Under the pieces are notes generated by a model. That model was not told the origin of the DNA and searched no databases. It saw only the letters and a list, made by a program, of their open reading frames with translations. DNA of 64,000 nt from Alphaproteobacteria bacterium (GTDB lineage: Bacteria > Pseudomonadota > Alphaproteobacteria > Sphingomonadales > Sphingomonadaceae). The position numbers were made by a program, and so were the translations under genes. The stretch is taken from assembly GCA_006226465.1 (NCBI GenBank), contig SBHJ01000262.1, positions 6,092-70,091 of the forward strand, read 5' to 3'. Positions 1 through 8,950 of the stretch are shown here, one piece after another. The first letter of the stretch is position 1, and each line of letters starts with the position of its first letter.

Positions 1-626
1 CTGGTTTCATGAAGGCGCGGCTCCTGACCGGGATCGACGCGCTGGCCAGTCGGGACGCGACCAGCAATCCCGAACCGCTGATCGCTCGGGTTCAGGCTCC
101 CGCCGTGCTTCCCAATGACGTGAAGGCAAACCTCGCCGGCTGCTTCGTTATTGGCAACGCAACCGGCAGTCTCGCCAAGGAACGGGTCGAGATCCAGCTG
201 GTCTCGCTGTCCTGCGTCGATTTTGACGAGCGCTCCGTTGTAGACCAGCCAATTAAGGGCTTCTTCGTCGACGCTGACGGGAAAAAAGGCCTATCCGGCA
301 AAGTCGTGACGCGCGCCGGGGCAGCTCTTGCTCGCGCGTTTATCGCTGGCACCATCACGGGCATCGCCGACACGGTCGAAAACACAGTCGGCAACGTCTC
401 GACCTCGGCGCTGGGCTCGGTGCGCAGCTTCGATGCGGGCGATGCCGCCAAGGCCGGTATCGCCGGCGGTCTCTCCAAGTCCTCTGACAAGCTCACCGAT
501 TTCTATCTCGATCTCGCCCGTCAAGCTGGCCCCATCGTTGAGGTAGGTGCCGCCAAGGACGTCGTTGTCGTGATCCAGGAAGGCGTCACGCTCGAGATCA
601 AGCCTACCGCCGGGAGCAAATTCTGA
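1..626 (+). CDS. traB: F-type conjugative transfer protein TraB (VirB10-like), 5' end outside window
   Basis: TrbI/VirB10-like C-terminal domain (LPNDVKANLAGCFVIG, DGKKGLSGKVV, YLDLARQAGPIVEV). Frame is open to the window edge and precedes traV-traC. Confidence 0.9.
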   Translation, partial: GFMKARLLTGIDALASRDATSNPEPLIARVQAPAVLPNDVKANLAGCFVIGNATGSLAKERVEIQLVSLSCVDFDERSVVDQPIKGFFVDADGKKGLSGKVVTRAGAALARAFIAGTITGIADTVENTVGNVSTSALGSVRSFDAGDAAKAGIAGGLSKSSDKLTDFYLDLARQAGPIVEVGAAKDVVVVIQEGVTLEIKPTAGSKF

Positions 627-661
627 TGCGCCGGCCCTCCATCAAACAGGGAGTTTGCCCC

Positions 662-1237
662 ATGCGGCTACCAACTTGCTCGCGCGGTGCGCGTGTAGCG
701 TCACTCGCCATACCTGTTGCGGCGGCACTCATGCTGAGTGGCTGCGCGACACTCGGCTCGGTCATGTCGCCATATTCCGAGAAATTCTCGTGCAAGAATG
801 ACGATCATGGTCAATGCATTCACCCGGACAAGGCTTATGCCGACGCGGTAGCCGGGGTAGCGTCAAAATCCGATCCCGCCGTCACGCGCGACAAGAAGAT
901 GCTGCGCGGCGACAAGACCGCAGGCCGTGCAGGCAAGGCAGCGCCTGGGGCTTTCACCGGCTACCGCGACAGCGTCTATCGCGAGCTTCAGGGTCTGATC
1001 GACCAGCCCGTCACGCCGATGCTGAAGCCCTCGCGCGCGGTGCGCACGCTGATTCTGCCCTATGCCGACCGTCAGCGGCCCGACCGGCTCTACATGCCGC
1101 GCTATGTTTATTCGGTGCTCGAGCGCCCGCAATGGGTGGTCGGCGACTATCTGGTGGAACCAGTTCCGGCCGCAGCGCGCGCCAGCGTGCTTGAGCAGGT
1201 CAAGGATCGCCAGAACGATGCGGAGCCGCAGCCATGA
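662..1237 (+). CDS. traV: Conjugative transfer lipoprotein TraV
   Basis: Lipobox LMLSGC, paired Cys (FSC...QC), C-terminal R.LILPYAD motif. GGGAG upstream of ATG 662. Confidence 0.85.
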   Translation: MRLPTCSRGARVASLAIPVAAALMLSGCATLGSVMSPYSEKFSCKNDDHGQCIHPDKAYADAVAGVASKSDPAVTRDKKMLRGDKTAGRAGKAAPGAFTGYRDSVYRELQGLIDQPVTPMLKPSRAVRTLILPYADRQRPDRLYMPRYVYSVLERPQWVVGDYLVEPVPAAARASVLEQVKDRQNDAEPQP

Positions 1238-3735
1238 GCGCGCATAAGGGCGGCATGACGCTCGCACGACTGCGGCGCAGCGTCGAGCGGGACAGCTATT
1301 CCGACTATCTGCCGCTCGCGGCCTGGGTCGAGGAAGAACAAGCCTTCCTGACCATAGATGACGGCTGGGGCTATGCCTGGGAGCTGGTCCCATCAGCCTA
1401 TATGTTCGCACACGTCCATGAAGCGCTGCTGGGATTGCTCAATGTGCAATTTCCCGAAGGCACAATTCTGCAAATCCAGAGCTTCGCTGATCCACTGATC
1501 GACAATCAGCTCGACGCCTATCTCGATCTGAAAAGCCGCCCCGATCCTCTGATCCAGGCTTCGGCGCGGCGTACCTTTGACTATCTGCGCGCCGGCACCC
1601 TGGGCCTGAAGGCTCTGCACGGCATCCCGGTCCGCGATTTCCGCACGTTCCTCGCGGTCAAGATGCGTCAGCCCATGGATAGCGATCTCAAGCGCCAGAT
1701 CGAGGAGCAGATGGCCAAGCTGGGCATCCGACCGATGGCGCCCGGCGAGATCGTCTCGCTCTACCGGCGAATTTTCAATGGCGTCCACGTACCTGCGCCC
1801 GGCGTGTTCACCCAGACGGCCGATGTGCCGCTGCGCCGCCAGATCATCGACGCGGGACCGGCGCTGAGCTTCGAGGGACCGGAAGTATTTCTCGGCAACC
1901 AGGTCGCCCGTTGCCTGACGCCCAAATCACCGCCGCGCCGGATTACGGCCGAGCGCGCCAATCGCCTCACCGGCGGTATGCGCGGCAGTTCGGAAGATAG
2001 CGACCAGATCGGTGGGCCGTTTCTCTATACCCTCAATGTCCTGTTCGATCATTCCGCGTTTGAAGTTCACAAGCGTGCGCAGATTCTTTCGGCGCAGAAG
2101 GCCGCGGGCAGCTTCGCCGTCGAGGTCGGAAAACAGATCGAGGAAATCAGCTGGGTATTGGACGAGGTCGGCAACAGCCGTTTCGTCTCGGTGATCCCGA
2201 CGCTCTGGGTGTTCGGGCGCGACCGGCATCAGGCGCGCGAGATGGCCGCCCGCGCCAAACGGCTGTGGGAAAGCGAGCCGCTGCCCTGGATGGTGCAGGA
2301 AGAGTCCTACCTCAATCCTATCCTGCTGGCCGCAAGTCTGCCCTTCGGACTTTATCCCGACCGTCGCACCATCGGCATGCTCCAGCGTGATTTTCGCGTG
2401 CCCGCGCGCGCCGCGGTGCTGATGTCCCCGATCCAGACCGATTTCCGGGGCGGCGGACGCCCTGCCCTGCTCTACACGGGACGCAAGGGCCAACTCATCA
2501 CGCTCGACCTGTTCGATCCGCGGATCAACAACTACAATTTCATTGTCTCGGCGGAATCTGGTGCGGGCAAGAGCTTCCTGCTCAACAACCTGTGCCAACA
2601 ATATTTCGCGCAGAACGCGCTGATCCGCATCATCGACATCGGAGGCAGCTACAAGAAGCTCTGCACGCTCTGTTCTGGCCGCTACATCGACCTTGGCGAA
2701 GAGCATCTCGTTCTCAACCCGTTCGATCTCGGCCTCGCGCTCGATGGCGATGACCGGGAATCCGCTATCTCCATGGCGGTGTCAATCGTCGCGGAGATGG
2801 CCAACGCCGCGACCCGCAAGCCAGTCACCACCTCCGAGTGGAACCTGCTGAAGTCGGCCGTGCAATGGACGATCGACAGCGGTCGTGCCGAAGCGGGCAT
2901 CGACGCGGTGCGCGAATGGCTCGGCGTCTATCCAGCCAACACCGCCTCGGATCTTGACCGGGTGGACCATCTGGTGCCGACAGCTCGCGAGTTGGCGTTC
3001 AACCTGCGCGATTTCGGGTCGGACGGCGCTTACGGGCACTATTTCAACGGCCCCTCCACCTTCGACATTTCTCGCGATGAATTTGTCGTGCTGGAGCTGG
3101 AACGCCTTAAGGCGATGCCCGACCTGTTCAACGTCGTGATCATGGTCGTGATCAACGCGGTCACGCAGGAACTCTACCTGTCAGCCCGCGACCGTCCCCG
3201 GTTCGTGCTGTGCGATGAGGCCGCACAATTCATGACCCGGAACGAGGGTCAGGACCTGTCGCGCCTCGCCGAAGCGATCAGCCAAGGCTATCGCCGGGCG
3301 CGCAAATATCGCGGCAGCTTCGGCATCATTCTCCAGAGCATGAATGATCTGCTGCTGTTTGGCGGCACCGGCCAGGTAATCCTTGAGAATGCCGCTACAC
3401 GTTTCCTGTTGCAGGGTTCGACCTATGACAAGGCGGTCGAGAACAAGATTCTCGATTATTCCGGCTTCGTCCTCGACCTTCTGAAGTCGGTCCGGAACAA
3501 CAAGCCGAACTATTCGGAAGTGTTCATCGACAGCCCGCTGGGCCTGGGCATCGCTCGCCTTGTCGTCGATCCCTTCAGCTACTGGATCAACACCTCCGCG
3601 CCCGAAGAGGTCGCCGCCTTCGAAGCGCTGGTACGCAAGGGTCGCTCGCCGCTCGAGGCGGTCTGCGATCTCGCCGGCGTCGATCCCGCCGAAATCCTCA
3701 CACCCACGCCAGACCTTGGGAGGCCGCAATGCTGA
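1234..3735 (+). CDS. traC: Conjugative transfer ATPase TraC (VirB4 family)
   Basis: 833 aa; Walker A AESGAGKS, IIDIGGSY, Walker B LCDEA, YRRARKY motif. ATGA-coupled to traV. Confidence 0.95.
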   Translation: MSAHKGGMTLARLRRSVERDSYSDYLPLAAWVEEEQAFLTIDDGWGYAWELVPSAYMFAHVHEALLGLLNVQFPEGTILQIQSFADPLIDNQLDAYLDLKSRPDPLIQASARRTFDYLRAGTLGLKALHGIPVRDFRTFLAVKMRQPMDSDLKRQIEEQMAKLGIRPMAPGEIVSLYRRIFNGVHVPAPGVFTQTADVPLRRQIIDAGPALSFEGPEVFLGNQVARCLTPKSPPRRITAERANRLTGGMRGSSEDSDQIGGPFLYTLNVLFDHSAFEVHKRAQILSAQKAAGSFAVEVGKQIEEISWVLDEVGNSRFVSVIPTLWVFGRDRHQAREMAARAKRLWESEPLPWMVQEESYLNPILLAASLPFGLYPDRRTIGMLQRDFRVPARAAVLMSPIQTDFRGGGRPALLYTGRKGQLITLDLFDPRINNYNFIVSAESGAGKSFLLNNLCQQYFAQNALIRIIDIGGSYKKLCTLCSGRYIDLGEEHLVLNPFDLGLALDGDDRESAISMAVSIVAEMANAATRKPVTTSEWNLLKSAVQWTIDSGRAEAGIDAVREWLGVYPANTASDLDRVDHLVPTARELAFNLRDFGSDGAYGHYFNGPSTFDISRDEFVVLELERLKAMPDLFNVVIMVVINAVTQELYLSARDRPRFVLCDEAAQFMTRNEGQDLSRLAEAISQGYRRARKYRGSFGIILQSMNDLLLFGGTGQVILENAATRFLLQGSTYDKAVENKILDYSGFVLDLLKSVRNNKPNYSEVFIDSPLGLGIARLVVDPFSYWINTSAPEEVAAFEALVRKGRSPLEAVCDLAGVDPAEILTPTPDLGRPQC

Positions 3736-4049
3736 CCCGCAAGCCCTATCCCGATCAACTAGCCCTCGAACTCGCGCCCGACGATGAACTGGAAGCAGTC
3801 ATCGAAGCGCGCGTGGCCGAGCGTGCGGAGGCCAATGCGATGCGCTGGCGTTTCCGCCTGATCGTCATCGAATCCGTGATGATGGCATCGCTGATCCTGG
3901 CTGCCGGGTTTATGCTCGAACTGCCAGCGGAAGACGTGCTGCGCGGTGCCGGCATTGTCGGCGCTGGCTGCTTCCTCACCGGCCTGATGCTGATCGGTCT
4001 CACCGGCGCTGCGAGCCGGCTGTTGGCATGGTCCCGGAGGCGGACATGA
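3729..4049 (+). CDS. Hypothetical two-TM membrane protein
   Basis: 106 aa, two hydrophobic segments, basic tail; overlaps traC stop and next start. Confidence 0.75.
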   Translation: MLTRKPYPDQLALELAPDDELEAVIEARVAERAEANAMRWRFRLIVIESVMMASLILAAGFMLELPAEDVLRGAGIVGAGCFLTGLMLIGLTGAASRLLAWSRRRT

Positions 4050-4786
4050 GCCAGCGTATATTCCCTTCTAACGGGCGCTTCGCCCCCAGTGCGCGGCGGC
4101 CGGGCGAAACGCTCCACGACTATCTGGTCCGTACCCAGTGGGAAATGCGCGATCGCATCCACCTCTTGGAGACGGTCCGCGACGGCCAGGAGATGATCTT
4201 CTTCGATGAGCGCGCCCGCTGGCGCCGCCGCATGATCCTCATTGTAAGCGCCGAAGCTGGCTTCGTTGTGGTTGGCTATCTCCTGCTCGCCTGGTCGGGA
4301 CTTTCCCCAGCCGCAGCCGCGCTGTTGCTCGGCCTATGCGCGTTGCTGGGCGCGATCGCCTCCATCGGCTTGCTCGCGGTGCGAGAAAGCCCCAGGTCAG
4401 CACTTCAGGCGGCGCAGCGCCAGGCGTGGCGCGCGGCAGAATGGCTATGGCCAGTCGAGGATAAGCCCACGCACCTACGGCTACCCGCATGGGTCGACGC
4501 AAGCCGCCCGGAGACCATCGACGCCGCCGTCGAGGAAATCATTGCTCATCACCGGGAGTTGGAAGCCTTCTTCTGGCGTGCGCGATGGCTTGCCGTTCAG
4601 AGCGCGATCATCGTCATCGCCTTCGTCTGCGTGCAGATCGCGCGCGGCACACCATGGCTCACCCTGATTGAAGATAGTGTGGCGGTCGCCATGCTTTGCC
4701 TTGTCGGCGGCGGCCTGTTCGTCCTTGCTGCCGACCTGATCAGCACGAACCTTGGACGTCTTGGCCGCTGGTGGAGGCGGCGATGA
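4046..4786 (+). CDS. Hypothetical four-TM membrane protein
   Basis: ATGA overlaps at both ends, GGAGG RBS, two hydrophobic hairpins. Confidence 0.75.
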   Translation: MSQRIFPSNGRFAPSARRPGETLHDYLVRTQWEMRDRIHLLETVRDGQEMIFFDERARWRRRMILIVSAEAGFVVVGYLLLAWSGLSPAAAALLLGLCALLGAIASIGLLAVRESPRSALQAAQRQAWRAAEWLWPVEDKPTHLRLPAWVDASRPETIDAAVEEIIAHHRELEAFFWRARWLAVQSAIIVIAFVCVQIARGTPWLTLIEDSVAVAMLCLVGGGLFVLAADLISTNLGRLGRWWRRR

Positions 4787-5019
4787 ACGGCATCTTCTCT
4801 GCCGCGCCCTGCCAGTCGTCGATCCGCCTGCTGGTCGGAACGCATCTGATCCTCCTCGTCCAGGCATTCCTTCTGATCTGGTCGGGTGCGGACCTCGACG
4901 GCACCCGCCCGCTCATCTGGCTCGCGCTTCTCGTCGGCACGGCGGGCCTCGGCTGCGCCGTCCGGGGCGAGAGCCGCAATCCACCGCCAAGCTGGAGGGA
5001 GCGCCGCCGTGGACGATGA
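4783..5019 (+). CDS. Hypothetical small two-TM membrane protein
   Basis: 78 aa from ATG 4783 (ATGA overlap, GGAGG RBS); hydrophobic hairpin. Confidence 0.6.
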   Translation: MNGIFSAAPCQSSIRLLVGTHLILLVQAFLLIWSGADLDGTRPLIWLALLVGTAGLGCAVRGESRNPPPSWRERRRGR

Positions 5020-5668
5020 AGGTTACCCGCAGGGCTGGCATGTGGTCGCGATCCAGTCGGCGCTGATCGGCGCGATGATCGTCGGCGCGATGATCCTGGC
5101 CGGTTCGGCGCGCGCCGAGACCTCGACAATCGGGCGCACCTGGCCGATCGCCGAACCCGATGCAATGGCCGAGATCGAGGCCGCGGCCGCAAAGCAGCCC
5201 GCCGACATCGCGCCGCGCTTCGGGCCGCGATCGCAGTGGAGCGCGCTCAAAGCGGCCCCTCTGGGCGTCGCCGAGAAGGACCGCGTCCGCAGCGTCGTCC
5301 CGTTCTACACGCTCGACCAGGAAATCCGCCTGCCGGACGGCAAGCTGCTCTACCCCAAGGGCTTCACCTTCAACCCGCTGACCTACGTGTCGCTTCCGCA
5401 GCGCCTGATCATTGTCCATCCGCGCGATCTTGGCTGGGCGCTGAAGACGGCGGCACTCACCGACTGGATCATCCTGACTGCCGACGGCGACGCCAAGGAC
5501 GATGCGCTCTCGCTCGGCGAGAAGCACGGCCGCGCGCTCTTCATTCTCGAAGAGCGGGTGAAGGAGCGGCTCGGTCTCACCGTCGCCCCGGTCATCGTGC
5601 GCCAGTCCGGCCAGAAGTTCGAACTGACCGAGGTTCGCCTCGAACGGAAGGGAGGACGCAAGCCATGA
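5009..5668 (+). CDS. traW: Conjugative transfer protein TraW
   Basis: Signal peptide then IGRTWPIAEPD and LLYPKGFTFNPL motifs; GGAGG before GTG 5009. Confidence 0.88.
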   Translation: MDDEGYPQGWHVVAIQSALIGAMIVGAMILAGSARAETSTIGRTWPIAEPDAMAEIEAAAAKQPADIAPRFGPRSQWSALKAAPLGVAEKDRVRSVVPFYTLDQEIRLPDGKLLYPKGFTFNPLTYVSLPQRLIIVHPRDLGWALKTAALTDWIILTADGDAKDDALSLGEKHGRALFILEERVKERLGLTVAPVIVRQSGQKFELTEVRLERKGGRKP

Positions 5669-6681
5669 CCCGCCTCGCATCAAAATTGCGCGCAGGCGCC
5701 GCCGCGATCCTCGCGAGCTTCCTGGTTCCCGCCGCGCCTGCACACGCATCGAAATGCCCGACGGGCACGGTGTTTAACCCGATCACGAAGGTTCGCTGGA
5801 ACTGCATCTTCCCGATTACCATCGGCGGCGTTCGCGTGGGCAGCTTCGATAAGCTCGACAAGGAACTCGACGCACAATCCGCATCGAAGCCTTTGTGTGC
5901 CTGTCGCAAGGGTGCGACTTTCTGGTTCGGCGTCAAGGTCAGCTTCTGGTCGCCCAACCGGATGATCGATGTTGTGACCGAGCCGGGCTGCATGATGGCG
6001 CTTGGCGTTGATCTCCTGCCGACCGGCGGCAAGCTCCAGGGCAGCCAATCGTCGATCTCGGACGGCACCAACACGACCAAGCTTTTCGCTCAGGCCCACT
6101 ACTATATCTCGCCGGTCTGGAAAATGCTCGACATGTTCACCGACTTACCCTGCATCGAAGATGACGGGTTCGACGTCGCGATGATCACCGAGGTGCTGCC
6201 GACCTGGCAGTCGGGGACATTGGGCGCGATCATCCAGCCCGAGGGCATTTTGTTCGGCAATCCCGCTGCGGGTCTTGCCTGCATGGCGGACAGCGCGGCA
6301 GCGGCAGCCGGCAAGACCATCGACCCGTTGTTCTGGTGCATGGGAAGTTGGGGCGCGACCTATCCGATTGCCGGGGACATTCACATGGGTGATCGGGTTG
6401 AAGCCTGGGCGGGCCTTGCCGCGCGTTCGACTTTCATGATGGGGCGCCTTGGCGCGCTCACCATCCATTCGGAAGACGGCTGCTCGTTCAAGCCGCAGCC
6501 GATCTGGACCAAGAGCCGCTACAAGCTCCAGATCATGGAGCCGGTCAAGGGCGGCAAGTGCGTCAATATCGGGCGGCCCGGCGCGCTCTGGACAAGCGGC
6601 AAGCACGCGCCCGGCAAAGACAACGCACAATTCATGCTCTTCGAAAAGGCGATCTGCTGCGCGGGGGTATCAACCCCATGA
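5665..6681 (+). CDS. traU: Conjugative transfer protein TraU
   Basis: Signal peptide, NPITKVRWNCIFPITIGG, Cys-rich, LFWCMGSWG; ATGA overlap with traW. Confidence 0.93.
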   Translation: MTRLASKLRAGAAAILASFLVPAAPAHASKCPTGTVFNPITKVRWNCIFPITIGGVRVGSFDKLDKELDAQSASKPLCACRKGATFWFGVKVSFWSPNRMIDVVTEPGCMMALGVDLLPTGGKLQGSQSSISDGTNTTKLFAQAHYYISPVWKMLDMFTDLPCIEDDGFDVAMITEVLPTWQSGTLGAIIQPEGILFGNPAAGLACMADSAAAAAGKTIDPLFWCMGSWGATYPIAGDIHMGDRVEAWAGLAARSTFMMGRLGALTIHSEDGCSFKPQPIWTKSRYKLQIMEPVKGGKCVNIGRPGALWTSGKHAPGKDNAQFMLFEKAICCAGVSTP

Positions 6682-7007
6682 ACGGATCGCTCCCCCCAAA
6701 CCGCGCGTCTCGCGCGGGCGGCCGGTCCGCTCGTCACGGATTGCTCCCCACCGTTGGTGGACGCGCGGCTCGAGTGGCGGCGGCTGCCCCTGCCGTCGCC
6801 GCTCCACCCTCGGTCAGCGCGGCCGATAGCCCCCTATCGGGGCCGGCGGCACCCCCTCCCGTCGCGATTCCGGTAGCGGCCGCGCTGACCATTTTTGAGG
6901 GCCAGGCTGTGTTTCAGATACTCTCGCCCGGATCCACCGCGTTCCGGGCGGGAGACGTGTTCCGCTTCGCCTATGGCTCGCGCAGCACGAAGGCGAGGTC
7001 ATCATGA
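6678..7007 (+). CDS. Hypothetical Ala/Pro-rich protein
   Basis: 109 aa filling the traU-traN gap exactly, with ATGA overlaps at both ends; no family recognised. Confidence 0.5.
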   Translation: MNGSLPPNRASRAGGRSARHGLLPTVGGRAARVAAAAPAVAAPPSVSAADSPLSGPAAPPPVAIPVAAALTIFEGQAVFQILSPGSTAFRAGDVFRFAYGSRSTKARSS

Positions 7008-8950
7008 CCGGGCGAGGCCTGCTCCTGCTGACTGCGGCGTTTTTGCTGCCCTTCCCTGCATTCGCGCAGACCGTTGAGGAGCGCGCGCGAGCCGCAGCCG
7101 AGGCTTCGCGTGCTAAGACCTCCGACAGCGACACACTCCAGCAGAATTATGTGACGCCCGGTCTTGCCGGACAAACCATTTCCACAGTCGACAACAGCCA
7201 GACTTTCAATCCGAACATCGCCTGTCAAAAATCGGCGACGTTGATCGAGTTGCTGGCCCAACCGTCACCGACCGGCGACATCGGCACGCTGCGTATATCG
7301 CGCGACAAGGACATTGATGGGACGGTCGATCAGACGCTCACGCTGCCGATGCCGGTTTCCGGCATTTGCGCCAATGGCGTGATCGCTTGCCAGCCCGGCA
7401 CGTGGAATCAGTGCCACACCTATAAGTGGGACGTGTCCGCCGGCGGCGATCTCAAGCTCACGGAAGTAGATCTGACCGATCTCGCAGGCTGCTACTGTGT
7501 CAACAATAGCTGCGGAAGCAATCTTGTTTGGGGCAATATGGCCTCGGCGCTCAAAGACCTGGGCGGCGGCGTCATCGGTGCGCTCACAACCGCCGATCCT
7601 CGGATTGGGGTGGCACAAGCCGTCATCGACGGCCCGGTCATTCGCTATACAGGTGTGCAAAGCACCGCTTGTTCAGCCAGCCCGTCCTTGCCGCAGACCG
7701 GCTACCGCTCCAGTCCGGCGGCGATCCAGGGCGATGCCGCGAGTGTAGCTGCGTCGAACAGCATCTTTCAGGCACTGCAGGGGTCGCCCGCAGGGATTGG
7801 CAAGGCCGAGCAGATCCGCGCCTGCACAATCCGACGTGAGGTGAAGCTTGAGGCGGTTACGCCGGACGACATCATTACGCGCACCGCGGGTGGCTACGCG
7901 ACCTACGCCTATACGCCCGACACACGTTCATTCCTGCTGGGCTCGCCGCGCGACGACAGCCTGAGCGGTGGAAGCTGCCGGATCTACGATTTCAGGATGA
8001 CCCTGAATGTCGGCGATCCCGCTCGCCTCATCTCGGCGCAGCTGTCGCAATATCTGTTCGACGACTGGATTCAAGTCCGCATCGATGGCGCGCTGGTATT
8101 GTCCGATCCGGGAGGCTGGACCGGAACCGGACTTCCGCCTGGCAAATGCGAACGCGGACGGACCTGGTATGGCTATCCCAATCTCGACCTGAAGCCCTAT
8201 CTGACGAAAGGCTCGCACGAGATATGGGTGCGGGTCGCGGTCGGCGGCGAAGGCGAGGTGTCGGCGCGGATCGACGCTACGCTGGATCTGAGCTGCAATC
8301 CTACCGAGAAGCTCGTCGATCTGTGCGCCGGCTATTCCGCCGACGCCAATTGTCAGCTTCACGACGAGAATGTCGATGGCGTCCAGACCTTCCGCAATGG
8401 TGTCGGCACCGGGCTAACCCCGCTGCCGCAAACCCGCCTGTTCGAGAGTGGCGCCTGCAAGATCAGCCTGGCGCGGCCGTGGTTCGAGCGAGATCGTCGC
8501 TATCGCTGTATCGTCGATACAGGATCGCTGCCGGAACCGGACCTGAGCCGCGGCGCCTATATTATCGACCATTCGACCGAGACGCTGTTGGCAGACCGGG
8601 TAAAGGCCGACGACGGCAGCTACTCAACATCTTCCCGCGCCTTCAATCTGCCCGCCCGGGGGACGGTTCCAACCTGTGAGCCAATCTGCAGGACCCGCGC
8701 GCCCAAGGCGAACACTGCCGCCGCCGTGGATGGGTTAATTGGCGCAAAGCAAAATGCGCCGACAGGCTGGGACACATTCTATCACGCCTGCACAACCGAC
8801 AGCTCCGGAGGTAACGTCTGCCCGTTGGGCGACGGTGAAGAGCTTGTTTCAGCCTGTGGGTGCCTCGACGATTTTCCGGAAGCCGTGGTGATGATGCAGA
8901 CCGTACGGCTCGGGGGCGCGGACATGATCTGCACATCGGAGTCCCGCTGA
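7004..8950 (+). CDS. traN: TraN-like mating-pair stabilisation protein, N-terminal/tip-domain part
   Basis: Signal peptide, many Cys, FDDWIQVRIDG tip-domain-like motif; lies directly before the TraN C-terminal gene. Confidence 0.7.
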   Translation: MTGRGLLLLTAAFLLPFPAFAQTVEERARAAAEASRAKTSDSDTLQQNYVTPGLAGQTISTVDNSQTFNPNIACQKSATLIELLAQPSPTGDIGTLRISRDKDIDGTVDQTLTLPMPVSGICANGVIACQPGTWNQCHTYKWDVSAGGDLKLTEVDLTDLAGCYCVNNSCGSNLVWGNMASALKDLGGGVIGALTTADPRIGVAQAVIDGPVIRYTGVQSTACSASPSLPQTGYRSSPAAIQGDAASVAASNSIFQALQGSPAGIGKAEQIRACTIRREVKLEAVTPDDIITRTAGGYATYAYTPDTRSFLLGSPRDDSLSGGSCRIYDFRMTLNVGDPARLISAQLSQYLFDDWIQVRIDGALVLSDPGGWTGTGLPPGKCERGRTWYGYPNLDLKPYLTKGSHEIWVRVAVGGEGEVSARIDATLDLSCNPTEKLVDLCAGYSADANCQLHDENVDGVQTFRNGVGTGLTPLPQTRLFESGACKISLARPWFERDRRYRCIVDTGSLPEPDLSRGAYIIDHSTETLLADRVKADDGSYSTSSRAFNLPARGTVPTCEPICRTRAPKANTAAAVDGLIGAKQNAPTGWDTFYHACTTDSSGGNVCPLGDGEELVSACGCLDDFPEAVVMMQTVRLGGADMICTSESR

